From positions 46,829-110,828 of the forward strand of contig WFSJ01000024.1 in assembly GCA_015486055.1 (NCBI GenBank): DNA of 64,000 bases. The letters are read 5' to 3'. This stretch comes from Acidobacteriota bacterium. GTDB taxonomy: Bacteria > Acidobacteriota > Aminicenantia > S016-38. The position numbers were made by a program, and so were the translations under genes. A model generated the notes under the pieces. It made no database searches, was not told the origin of the DNA, and saw only the letters and a program-made list of their open reading frames with translations. Below are positions 31,478 to 40,251 of the stretch, piece after piece (the stretch's first letter is position 1; every line of letters starts with the position of its first letter).

Positions 31478-32119
31478 ATGGGATATCATTCTTCTTGTTC
31501 TTGCTTTTCTGGTGGTTTTAGTGGTGGTGCTTTTTCCAGAAAAGCTGGGGTTCAATTGTTGGAGAACCAGGAGAATGAGAAAAAAACTTACAGGAAAAGG
31601 GGAAAAAGGTCCTCAGGATTATGGATTCAGGCTTTAGTTTTCTTATTTCCTTTTTTCCTTACTTTCTGTAGCCCTGAGCTTTTCCCTGGGGGACATTCAG
31701 GATGGTTTGAGGCCGTTAATTCTAAAGGACAGGCAAAGGGAAGGTTTTTTTTTAGGAATGGAGAGTTTCTAAGAATTGAAATCATGGGGTGCTCCTTTAA
31801 TCTTAAAGGGGAAAAGGTGTACATATTTGATATAAGAGGAAAGGAATACTGGGAAGGGAGTTTTAAGGAAGTGAGTGAAAAATTTCCTTCTTTACCTTCC
31901 ATAAGAGATATGGGAAAAATTTGGAGGGGCGAAAGCATTGATGGGTATAAAATACTCTCCTTAGATGAAAAGGGAAGATTAAAAACCATGGAATTTCAGG
32001 ATGGCACTCTTATAAGAATATTAAAAATAGGAAAAGGTGCCTCTCTTAATTTCCATGAGGGATATAAAAAGGTAAGGATGGGAAGAATATGCTCAAGGCT
32101 TTCTCTTATGCAAAGATAA
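31478..32119 (+). CDS. hypothetical protein, possible LolB-like outer-membrane lipoprotein (start uncertain)
   Basis: 213-aa ORF directly upstream of and overlapping ispE, the position lolB occupies in the E. coli lolB-ispE-prs operon. Internal KRGKRSS-hydrophobic-LTFC segment resembles a lipoprotein signal peptide with a non-canonical lipobox. No direct sequence motif for LolB recognised. Confidence 0.4.
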   Translation: MGYHSSCSCFSGGFSGGAFSRKAGVQLLENQENEKKTYRKRGKRSSGLWIQALVFLFPFFLTFCSPELFPGGHSGWFEAVNSKGQAKGRFFFRNGEFLRIEIMGCSFNLKGEKVYIFDIRGKEYWEGSFKEVSEKFPSLPSIRDMGKIWRGESIDGYKILSLDEKGRLKTMEFQDGTLIRILKIGKGASLNFHEGYKKVRMGRICSRLSLMQR

Positions 32120-32883
32120 ACATTTACCTTCACATAAAAGGGAAAAGAGAAGATGGTTTTCATCTTATAGACTCGGTTTTTCAGACCATTCCCCTTAAGG
32201 ATACTCTTGACTTTGCCTTCTCCAGTGAATTTCATCTCGAATGCGCAGGTGAGAACATACCATGCGATGAGAGAAATCTTGTCTGGAAGGCCTATGAAGC
32301 TTTTAAGGAAATTGCCTCCATTGGAGGTGTGAGGATTTTTCTCAGGAAGGAAATTCCTTCTGGGAGGGGACTCGGCGGGGGAAGTTCAAATGCCGCAGTG
32401 ACTCTTATTGCTTTAAATAAGCTGTGGGGATATCCGGTTTCCATGGGGGAGCTTTTCAAGCTTGCCTCGCTTCTTGGTGCAGATGTTCCTTTTTTCCTTA
32501 AAAGGGGAAGGGCAAAAATTTGGGGGATAGGGGATGAAATTGAGAAACTTCCTGATGTGAATGGTTATTTAGTCCTTCTTGACCCTGGAGTTGAGGCGGA
32601 GACAGAGAAAGTTTACAGGAAATACGATGAGCTTTTAAACGAAGGATTTGATTTTTCATCTTATAAAAATCACCTTCTTCCTCCTGCCCTCTTCCTTTAT
32701 CCCGAATTGAGACCTTTTGCCAAAATGGGAATGGACATGACAGGAAGCGGAAGCTGTTTCTTTTCAATTTTTAAGGAACGTAGCGAAGCAAAGGCCTTTT
32801 ATGATAAAATCCATGGGTGGAGAAAATGGATTTTTCAGTTTCTCCCATCTCATGAGTACAAAATCTTTGCGGATGGGGAGTAG
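32089..32883 (+). CDS. ispE: 4-(cytidine 5'-diphospho)-2-C-methyl-D-erythritol kinase
   Basis: AKINIYLHI N-terminus and GHMP-kinase motif GRGLGGGSSNAA. Confidence 0.9.
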   Translation: MLKAFSYAKINIYLHIKGKREDGFHLIDSVFQTIPLKDTLDFAFSSEFHLECAGENIPCDERNLVWKAYEAFKEIASIGGVRIFLRKEIPSGRGLGGGSSNAAVTLIALNKLWGYPVSMGELFKLASLLGADVPFFLKRGRAKIWGIGDEIEKLPDVNGYLVLLDPGVEAETEKVYRKYDELLNEGFDFSSYKNHLLPPALFLYPELRPFAKMGMDMTGSGSCFFSIFKERSEAKAFYDKIHGWRKWIFQFLPSHEYKIFADGE

Positions 32884-32945
32884 CCAAAAGGCAAGGCAGC
32901 GGATTTTGGATCCGCCATTTGGAGGTTCGAGTCCTCCCTCCCCAG
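32874..32945 (+). tRNA. tRNA-Gln (anticodon TTG)
   Basis: Hand-folded cloverleaf. Acceptor TGGGGAG/CTCCCCA. D arm GCC-AAAAGGCAA-GGC. Anticodon stem GCGGA/TCCGC with loop TTTTGGA (anticodon TTG at 32906-32908). T arm GGAGG-TTCGAGT-CCTCC. Discriminator G. CCA not encoded. Confidence 0.9.
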
Positions 32946-32953
32946 CTAAAGAA

Positions 32954-33886
32954 ATGAATGAAATAACAATTTTCTCAGGAAGTTCAAACTTATCTCTTGC
33001 CGAGAAAATCTCCTCGTATTCCAAAATTCCACTTGGGGATATTGAACTTTCAAGTTTTGCTGATGGAGAAACCTACGTCCAGGTAAAGGAAAATGTAAGG
33101 GGAAAAGATGTATTTTTCATTCAATCAACATCCAAGTATGCCAACTTCCACATTATGGAGACTCTCCTTGTGACTGATGCTTTAAGGAGGGCTTCTGCCA
33201 AAAGGATAAACCTTGTAATTCCTTACTTCGGTTATGCAAGGCAAGACAGGAAGGATAGGCCCAGGGTCCCGATTTCAGCGAGGGTAGTGGCTGATCTGAT
33301 AGAGAAGATGGGAGCTTCGAGGGTGATAACTGTTGATCTTCATGCAGGGCAGATCCAAGGTTTCTTCTCGTTACCAGTTGACCATCTTACAGCCCTTCCC
33401 CTGTTCGTGGATTATTTCAGGGCTATGGACCATGTTATGGTAATATCTCCTGATGCAGGTGGGGCCCAGAGAGCAATGGACATGGCTGATAAATTAGGAG
33501 TTTCTTTTGCAATACTCTTTAAGAGAAGAAGAAGGCCGAATGAAGCCGAAATCATTCAGGTTGTGGGCGATGTTGACGGTAAGAAGGTTATTATTGTTGA
33601 TGATATAGTGGACACTGCAGGCACTTTGATTAAGGCTTCTGAGGCCATCGTAAAAGCAGGGGCCTCTGAAGTTTATGCAGCTATAACTCATCCTGTCCTT
33701 TCTGGTCCAGCCATAGATAGGATAAGGGATTCAAAGATAAAAGAGGTTGTGGTTACAAATACCATAGAGATCAGCCACAAAGCAAAAGAATGTGATAAAA
33801 TAAAGGTTCTTGATATATCGCATTTAATAGGAGAAGCAATAATAAGGGTTCATGAGGAGAGTTCAATAAGCGAACTTTTCCGCTAA
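32954..33886 (+). CDS. prs: ribose-phosphate pyrophosphokinase
   Basis: MNEITIFSGSSN..LA..I, DLHAGQIQGFF, PRPP loop IVDDIVDTAGT. Start set to ATG 32954; the ORF-track extension from 32801 runs across the tRNA. Confidence 0.93.
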   Translation: MNEITIFSGSSNLSLAEKISSYSKIPLGDIELSSFADGETYVQVKENVRGKDVFFIQSTSKYANFHIMETLLVTDALRRASAKRINLVIPYFGYARQDRKDRPRVPISARVVADLIEKMGASRVITVDLHAGQIQGFFSLPVDHLTALPLFVDYFRAMDHVMVISPDAGGAQRAMDMADKLGVSFAILFKRRRRPNEAEIIQVVGDVDGKKVIIVDDIVDTAGTLIKASEAIVKAGASEVYAAITHPVLSGPAIDRIRDSKIKEVVVTNTIEISHKAKECDKIKVLDISHLIGEAIIRVHEESSISELFR

Positions 33887-33897
33887 GGAGGACAAGA

Positions 33898-34548
33898 ATG
33901 AAGAAACTGGAAGTCTTAGCTACAAGAAGAGAGGATAGAGGAAAGGAAAAGGCCAAGAAAGCGAGAAAGTCGGGTATGATACCCGCTGTTCTTTATGGTA
34001 AGGATATGAAGAATTTTCTTCTTTATGTTAGCTCAAAGGAATTTACAGGGAAACTTCATAAAAGGGAGGCTAAATCAAGCATTATTTCTTTGAATGTGGA
34101 TGGTGAAAAATACAACGCCATCCTTAAAGAAATTCAGTATCATCCTTTTACTTATGCTCCTCTTCACATTGATTTTCACCTTATAAGGATGGGGCAGCCA
34201 GTTGAGGTTACAGTGAGTGTTAATCTCATTGGAGAACCTGTTGGAGTTAAGAGGGGAGGAATTCTTGAGTTTGAAACAAGAGAGCTTGATGTAAAGGCCC
34301 TTCCTGCTAAGATTCCTGAGTCAATAGATGTGGATGTTTCGGAGCTTGAAATAGGGTATTTTGTGAAGGTAAAGGATATAACTCCTCCAAAGGGAGTAGA
34401 GATCCTCGAAGCTCCGGAGACAGTAATAGCTCTTGTTGCAGGCGCTGAAAAGGAAGAAGTGGCAGCTACTGAGGAAGAAGAGGAAAAAGAAGGTGAAGAA
34501 AAGGAACCCGAAGTCATAAGCAGAAAGAAGGAGGGTGAGAAAGAATAA
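33898..34548 (+). CDS. rplY: 50S ribosomal protein L25 / general stress protein Ctc
   Basis: RGKEKAKKARKSGMIPAVLYG N-terminus, Ctc-type second domain and acidic tail. AAGGAGG SD. Confidence 0.9.
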   Translation: MKKLEVLATRREDRGKEKAKKARKSGMIPAVLYGKDMKNFLLYVSSKEFTGKLHKREAKSSIISLNVDGEKYNAILKEIQYHPFTYAPLHIDFHLIRMGQPVEVTVSVNLIGEPVGVKRGGILEFETRELDVKALPAKIPESIDVDVSELEIGYFVKVKDITPPKGVEILEAPETVIALVAGAEKEEVAATEEEEEKEGEEKEPEVISRKKEGEKE

Positions 34549-35115
34549 GTGTGGATTTTTGTGGGTCTTGGTAATCCTGGGGGGAAATACAGAAACACAA
34601 GACACAATATAGGATGGAAAGCAGTGGAAGCCTTTGCAGTTAAAGAAAACCTTGATTGGGAGGGAGAGAATTCCCTAATTTACGCTTTAGGGGAAGAGTA
34701 CGTGCTTGTTCGTCCGGTTACATTTATGAATATGAGTGGTAAAGCAGTGAGAGAGGCCTTTAAAAATTGGGGAAAGGAAAGAGAAGATATTGTTGTTCTC
34801 CATGACGATATTGACCTTTCCCTTGGAAGAGTTAAAATAAAATTTGGAGGAGGAACAGGGGGACACAGGGGTCTTGAGTCAGTTATATATGAACTCGGAA
34901 CTTCCCAATTCGGAAGGGTAAAGATGGGCATAAATATAGGATTTAAACCAGCGAGCCTATCTGATTTTGTCCTCCAGGATTTTACAGAAGCCGAGCTTGA
35001 GAAGGTGAAATGCAGTGTTGAAAGAGCTGGCAAGGCTATAGACCTAATAATGAAGAAAGGCTGGCAGAAAGCAATGAATATGATAAATGGAGAAGATCCT
35101 TGCTCTTTCCGCTAA
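34549..35115 (+). CDS. pth: peptidyl-tRNA hydrolase
   Basis: VGLGNPG..Y..TRHNIGW, HDDIDL, GGH.GL motifs. GTG start. Confidence 0.92.
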   Translation: MWIFVGLGNPGGKYRNTRHNIGWKAVEAFAVKENLDWEGENSLIYALGEEYVLVRPVTFMNMSGKAVREAFKNWGKEREDIVVLHDDIDLSLGRVKIKFGGGTGGHRGLESVIYELGTSQFGRVKMGINIGFKPASLSDFVLQDFTEAELEKVKCSVERAGKAIDLIMKKGWQKAMNMINGEDPCSFR

Positions 35116-35148
35116 GGAAAGGGCTTAAATCCATAAGGAGGTAAAAAT

Positions 35149-35553
35149 ATGAACTTAAGGGAGTATGAAACAACTTTCATCGTGGTCCCCAATCTAAGCG
35201 ATGAGGAGACCAATTCAGAGATTGAAAATTACAGGGAACTTGTGGAAAAAGAAGGCGGTAAGGAGATTGAGATTGAAATCATGGGTAAGAGAAAACTTGC
35301 TTATGAAATCAAAAAGCATGATGAAGGATTCTATACGATTCTTCGTTACAAGACAGGAGGGAAAACCGAGCTTGTTTCTGAGCTTGAGCGACGGATGAAG
35401 ACAGATGAAAATATCCTCAGATTTCTTACTTTAAGGCTTGACCTTGAGCTGAAAAAGCCCAGAAAGATTGAGGAAAGATGGAGAAAAAAGAGAGAAAAGC
35501 TTGAGTCTATGAGGAAGCAGGAAGAAGAGAAAAGAGGGGAGGACGAAGAATGA
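35149..35553 (+). CDS. rpsF: 30S ribosomal protein S6
   Basis: YETTFIV.P N-terminus, G.RKLAYEI, EGFY. Lys/Glu-rich C-terminal extension. Confidence 0.92.
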   Translation: MNLREYETTFIVVPNLSDEETNSEIENYRELVEKEGGKEIEIEIMGKRKLAYEIKKHDEGFYTILRYKTGGKTELVSELERRMKTDENILRFLTLRLDLELKKPRKIEERWRKKREKLESMRKQEEEKRGEDEE

Positions 35554-35804
35554 AAATGCGAAGGTCCTTTTCCACAACGAGAAGAAATTTTCCCATAAGG
35601 AAGAGATATTGCAGGTTCTGTGCGGAAAAAATAGCTTACATAGATTACAAGAACCCCGAGCTTCTTTCAAAGTATGTAACAGAGATAGGCAAAATACTTC
35701 CTGGAAGGGTAACAGGAACTTGTGGTTATCATCAGAAAATGCTGACCAAGGCTATAAAAAGGGCGAGGATTATGGGGCTTCTTCCCTTCGTAGTGAAAAA
35801 ATAG
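35550..35804 (+). CDS. rpsR: 30S ribosomal protein S18
   Basis: CRFC....IDYKN...L..Y....GKILP.R.TG.C...Q..L..AIKRAR..GLLPF. Confidence 0.93.
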   Translation: MKMRRSFSTTRRNFPIRKRYCRFCAEKIAYIDYKNPELLSKYVTEIGKILPGRVTGTCGYHQKMLTKAIKRARIMGLLPFVVKK

Positions 35805-35813
35805 GAGGAGAGG

Positions 35814-36269
35814 ATGAAGGTTATATTAAAGGAAGACATGGAAAAGCTGGGTAGGAAAGGTGAGATAATTAATGTTACAAACGGATATGCGAGGAATTAT
35901 CTAATTCCAAAAGGTTTCGCTCTCGCTGTCACGAGGGGTAATGTGAAAGTGATCCAGGAGGAAAAGAAAAGGCTCGAGAGGGAAAGAGAAAAAGAGGTAA
36001 AAACTGCTGAAGAACTTGTTTCCAGGCTTTCTTCTGAAGAATTTGAGATATACAAGAAAGCAGGGGAAAACGATGTCCTATACGGTTCTGTGACTACATC
36101 AGAGCTTGCTGAGCTTCTTTCCACTAAAGGCTTTGAGATAGACAAAAAGGGGATAATTCTTGAGGAACCCATAAAAAGGCTTGGAGTTCACTATTTTAAG
36201 GTAAGAGTCCATAGTGATATTAATGCAAGAGTAAGGCTTGTTGTTAAGAAGGAGGAAGGGGAGAATTGA
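35814..36269 (+). CDS. rplI: 50S ribosomal protein L9
   Basis: MKVILKEDMEKLGRKGEIINVTNGYARNYLIPKG.A N-terminus. Confidence 0.93.
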   Translation: MKVILKEDMEKLGRKGEIINVTNGYARNYLIPKGFALAVTRGNVKVIQEEKKRLEREREKEVKTAEELVSRLSSEEFEIYKKAGENDVLYGSVTTSELAELLSTKGFEIDKKGIILEEPIKRLGVHYFKVRVHSDINARVRLVVKKEEGEN

Positions 36270-36270
36270 A

Positions 36271-37677
36271 GTGATAGGCCCTTTACCTCATAGTCCGGAA
36301 GCAGAAAAAGCCATACTTGGTGCCGTGCTCTTAGATAATCGTAATCTGGACAAAATTCTTTCCGTTGGGCTCAAGGAAGAGAATTTTTATCTTGAGCCCC
36401 ACAGAATGATATTCAGAGAGATGAAAGAACTCTCCGAGAAAGGGGAATTTGATTCCCTTATCCTTATAGAATCTATGAAGAGGAAAGAAATTCTCCAAAA
36501 GTCTGGAGGTGCTGCCTACATTTCCTCACTTACGGATGGGGTTTTTGAGAGTATGGACCTTGAATCCTACCTTGGAATAGTTCTTGAAGATTCCAAAAGA
36601 AGAAGGATAGTAGAAGAGTCAGAAAGGGCAATAGAAGCGTCCACAAAAAAGCTTCTCAGTGCTGAAGAAATAGTTGCAAGTGTTCAGGAAAAGCTTTTTG
36701 AAATAACAGAACAGAGGAAGGAAGGATTCTTCAAACTTACAGAAGCAGGGCAAGAAGCTCTGGAATATGCGGAGAGGGCGAGAACTAACCAAGGAGCCGT
36801 AATTGGCATTCCGACCGGGCTTACTGATCTTGATAGGAAAACAACGGGCTTTCATCCAGGAGAACTCATAGTGATTGCCGGAAGACCGGGAATGGGAAAG
36901 ACTGCCCTTGCACTTACATTAGCTTACAATGCTGCGAGGGATACTAAGCTGAAAAGTAAGGTTGGGTTCTTCTCCCTTGAAATGTCAAAACTACAGATAG
37001 GGATGAGGATGCTTTCAATGGTCTCAAAGATAGACATGCAAAGGATAAGGGAGGGGACCATAACCAGGGAAGAACTTGGTAGACTCAATAAAGCTCAGGG
37101 CACGGTTTCCACGCTTGATATTCATATAGATGCAAGTCCTTCACTTACAACCACTGAGATTTTGGCAAGGGCGAGAAGACTCAAGAAGGAAGAAGGACTT
37201 GACCTTGTAATAGTTGATTATCTTCAGCTCTTAACAGCTCCCGGCGTAAGGGATAGGGTTAATGAAGTGGGAATAATATCGAGAACATTGAAGGAGTTAG
37301 CGAAGAGACTTTCCATCCCGGTTATTGCACTCAGCCAGCTGAACAGGGAGCCCGAAAGAAGAACGATGGGCATTCCAAGACCGAGGTTATCTGACCTTAG
37401 GGAAAGCGGTTCGATAGAACAGGATGCAGATGTAGTAATGCTTCTTTACAGGGATGAATACTATGATAGAGGACAGGAAGAAAACAAAGGGATAGCAGAA
37501 CTCAGGCTGGAAAAACAGAGGAACGGTCCCACTGGAGAGGTGCTCCTTGCTTTTGAACCTTCTCTAAGCCTTTTTGTGGATCTTGCACCTGAATCCAAAA
37601 ATGCATATAGGAGTTTTATGGAAATGAAAGGAAGAAGAAAGAGAAGAGTAACCAGGAGATCAGGGATAGAAATTTGA
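36271..37677 (+). CDS. dnaB: replicative DNA helicase DnaB
   Basis: PHSPEAEKAILGAVL N-terminus, Walker A GRPGMGKTA, SLEMS, IVDYLQL, SQLNR. Start placed at GTG 36271, just after the rplI stop and with GGGGAG upstream. The ORF track starts at TTG 36238 inside rplI. Confidence 0.93.
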   Translation: MIGPLPHSPEAEKAILGAVLLDNRNLDKILSVGLKEENFYLEPHRMIFREMKELSEKGEFDSLILIESMKRKEILQKSGGAAYISSLTDGVFESMDLESYLGIVLEDSKRRRIVEESERAIEASTKKLLSAEEIVASVQEKLFEITEQRKEGFFKLTEAGQEALEYAERARTNQGAVIGIPTGLTDLDRKTTGFHPGELIVIAGRPGMGKTALALTLAYNAARDTKLKSKVGFFSLEMSKLQIGMRMLSMVSKIDMQRIREGTITREELGRLNKAQGTVSTLDIHIDASPSLTTTEILARARRLKKEEGLDLVIVDYLQLLTAPGVRDRVNEVGIISRTLKELAKRLSIPVIALSQLNREPERRTMGIPRPRLSDLRESGSIEQDADVVMLLYRDEYYDRGQEENKGIAELRLEKQRNGPTGEVLLAFEPSLSLFVDLAPESKNAYRSFMEMKGRRKRRVTRRSGIEI

Positions 37678-38774
37678 GACCTACATTCTCTCTTATAAAT
37701 CTTGACAACCTCAGGAAGAATGTTGAGAAGGCAAAGGAAATATCCAGGGCTCCAGTTTTTATGGGCGTTATAAAGGCTCAAGCTTATGGGCATGGAGCCT
37801 TACCCGTTGCCAGAGCTATTGAGGACATTGTGGATTACTTTGGGATTGCAACGGTTGAGGAGGGGTTAGAACTCAGGAAGGGAGGAATATCAAAGCCTAT
37901 AGCTGTGCTTGGAGGCTTTTACCCGGGTGAGGAAGAGGAAATCCTGAGCTACAATCTTGAACCTGCTGTATTCAAAGGTAGGCAAATTAAAAGTTTATCT
38001 CTTTTAGGTAAAAGGAGGGGGAAACCTTTGAAGGTGCATCTTAAGATAGATACTGGTCTTGGAAGACTTGGAGTTCCCTGGAGCAAACCAGATATGTTTG
38101 GATTGCCGGACGGCGTTGAAGTAGTCTCTGCTTTTACCACTTTGGCCTCAGCGGACAACATTGGCATACCTACCGTAGATGAACAGATAGAAAGAATGGA
38201 AGGGGCCTTTTCTTCTTTGAAACTTAGAGAAAGGGGAACAATGATTTCCATGGCGAATTCTGCTGCCCTTATTCTTCATCCTGAGTCCCATGGGGATATG
38301 GTAAGGCCTGGGATAATTCTGTATGGAATTCCGCCATTCCCATCAAATCAGAAAGGTTTCTACCCTGTTATGGATTTCCGTTCGAGAATTGTTTTTATAA
38401 AGGAAGTTCCCGAGGGAACTCCCTTGGGCTATGGTGGAAGCTACGTAACTGACGGAAGAAAGAAAATAGCCACTGTTCCAGTTGGATATGATGATGGAAT
38501 ACCAAGGCGCCTTTCCAACAAGGGATGGTTCTATGTTAAGGGAATGAAGGCTCCGATTGTTGGAAGGGTAAGCATGGATCTTACCCTCATAGACATAAGC
38601 GAGATTGATGGTGTGAGAGAAGGTGACGAAGTAGTTGTTTTCTCAAGTTCCCAGCAGCTCTGGGCTCTTTCTGAACTATTGGGCACGATCCCCTATGAAA
38701 TTCTGTGCGGGGTGGGAAAAAGAGTTTATAGAATATACAATTTTCAGGGTAAAAAGGATACGCTTCTTTTATGA
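37674..38774 (+). CDS. alr: alanine racemase
   Basis: PLP-lysine block VIKAQAYGHG, GYGG, GRVSMD. TTG start overlapping the dnaB stop. Confidence 0.9.
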   Translation: MRPTFSLINLDNLRKNVEKAKEISRAPVFMGVIKAQAYGHGALPVARAIEDIVDYFGIATVEEGLELRKGGISKPIAVLGGFYPGEEEEILSYNLEPAVFKGRQIKSLSLLGKRRGKPLKVHLKIDTGLGRLGVPWSKPDMFGLPDGVEVVSAFTTLASADNIGIPTVDEQIERMEGAFSSLKLRERGTMISMANSAALILHPESHGDMVRPGIILYGIPPFPSNQKGFYPVMDFRSRIVFIKEVPEGTPLGYGGSYVTDGRKKIATVPVGYDDGIPRRLSNKGWFYVKGMKAPIVGRVSMDLTLIDISEIDGVREGDEVVVFSSSQQLWALSELLGTIPYEILCGVGKRVYRIYNFQGKKDTLLL

Positions 38775-39526
38775 TTTCAGGCTTCGTTGAAGAACTTGGA
38801 GCCATTTTCGTTTTAGTCTGGAAGGCTATTGCGGCTTTTTTCAAGGGTGAAGGTGAATGGGAAGGGATTGTGAAACAAATGGTTTCCATTGGCGTAGAAA
38901 GCGTCCCTGTGGTTACACTAACCACTGCCTTTTCAGGTATGGTCCTTGCCCTTAATTCTTATATAGGATTTTCTCGTCTTGGAGCAATCCAGTATACGGG
39001 GTCTGTTGTTGGAATATCCCTCGTAAAAGAATTGATCCCTGTCCTTACGGGAATTGTTATCGCTGGAAGAGTCGGGGCTGCAATGGCTGCAGAGATAGGG
39101 ACAATGAAAGTCTCCGAGCAGATTGATGCACTTTATACACTTAATGCTGATCCTATTTCCTATTTAGTCCTTCCAAGGATTATTGCAGCAGTATTTATGG
39201 TCCCTGTTCTTACCCTTTACGGTGACGGTATCGGTCTTATAGGGGCATATTTTGTATCTGTGGTTCTTATGGGGGTAAATCCTTCTTCCTTCACTACCTT
39301 CTTGTTCATGTATATGGAGCCCTGGGACATAATTACCGGTTTAATAAAAGCACTGAGTTTTGGCGCAATAATAGCTGCTATAGGATGCTATAAGGGAATT
39401 TCTGCAAAGGAGGGAGCAGAAGGTGTTGGGAAAGCCACAACATCCTCAGTTGTAAATTCTTCAATAACTATTCTCATAATTGACTTTATCTGGGGGAAAA
39501 TACTTCCATGGACATTAAGGGGTTAG
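38771..39526 (+). CDS. mlaE: MlaE-family ABC transporter permease
   Basis: About 250-aa permease with the GVESVPVV....F.GMV...........GA......V....V.EL.P block of MlaE/YrbE proteins. Followed by mlaF and mlaD. Confidence 0.85.
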   Translation: MISGFVEELGAIFVLVWKAIAAFFKGEGEWEGIVKQMVSIGVESVPVVTLTTAFSGMVLALNSYIGFSRLGAIQYTGSVVGISLVKELIPVLTGIVIAGRVGAAMAAEIGTMKVSEQIDALYTLNADPISYLVLPRIIAAVFMVPVLTLYGDGIGLIGAYFVSVVLMGVNPSSFTTFLFMYMEPWDIITGLIKALSFGAIIAAIGCYKGISAKEGAEGVGKATTSSVVNSSITILIIDFIWGKILPWTLRG

Positions 39527-40251
39527 TAGAGGTGAAAGGCCTCTGGAAGAAATTTGGGGGCAATGAAGTACTTAGAGGGGTAGATTTAAGGATAATGGAT
39601 GGGGAAATATTCGTAGTGATAGGAAGGAGCGGCGTGGGGAAGAGCGTTCTCCTTAAGAATTTGATAGGGCTTATGAGACCTGATAGGGGGGAAATTTATT
39701 ACAAGGGAAGAGAAATATCCAGAGCTTCTCAGAGGGAATGGAAAAAAATAAGGAAAGAATTTGCTGTGGTCTTTCAGCATTCTGCCCTCTTTGATTCAAT
39801 GAATGTTGAGGATAATGTAGAATTTGGTCTTAAGAGGATGACTCGGTTCAGCGAGAATGAAATGAGAAGGAGAGCAAGAGAATGCCTGAGCATGGTTGGC
39901 TTGGAGGGAATAGAGAACATGAAAGTTTCACAGCTCAGCGGAGGAATGAAAAAGAGAGTTGCAATAGCAAGGGCAATAGCTCTGAGTCCAAAGGTTATAT
40001 TCTACGATGAGCCCACAACAGGCCTTGACCCAATAATGTCTTCAATTATAACAGAGCTTATAAAAAGGATGAACAGGGAGGTTCCTTCAACTTCCTTAAT
40101 AATAACCCATGACCTTAAATTTACCTTTCAGGCAGCCTCCACTGTTGCCATGCTCCATCATGGTAGAATTATAGAAGTAGGGAAACCTGAGGAAATGATG
40201 AGAAGTGAAAACCCAATTGTGAAAAGATTCATTGAGGGGACTCCAGAGTGA
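39508..40251 (+). CDS. mlaF: MlaF-type ABC transporter ATP-binding protein
   Basis: Walker A GRSGVGKS, signature LSGGMKKR, Walker B IFYDEPTTGLD. Confidence 0.88.
   Translation: MDIKGLVEVKGLWKKFGGNEVLRGVDLRIMDGEIFVVIGRSGVGKSVLLKNLIGLMRPDRGEIYYKGREISRASQREWKKIRKEFAVVFQHSALFDSMNVEDNVEFGLKRMTRFSENEMRRRARECLSMVGLEGIENMKVSQLSGGMKKRVAIARAIALSPKVIFYDEPTTGLDPIMSSIITELIKRMNREVPSTSLIITHDLKFTFQAASTVAMLHHGRIIEVGKPEEMMRSENPIVKRFIEGTPE

Noticed and set aside
31575-31637. Short +1-frame ORF MRKKLTGKGEKGPQDYGFRL inside the LolB-position gene
   Set aside because: It is only 20 codons, has no hydrophobic segment, and the GGAGA lies directly adjacent to the ATG, which is poor spacing. It is kept only as a possible frameshift clue in the related finding.
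32801-32953. N-terminal extension of the prs ORF in the ORF track (start at 32801)
   Set aside because: The extension reads straight through the tRNA-Gln gene and the ispE 3' end. Prs homologues begin at MNEITIF, which is ATG 32954.
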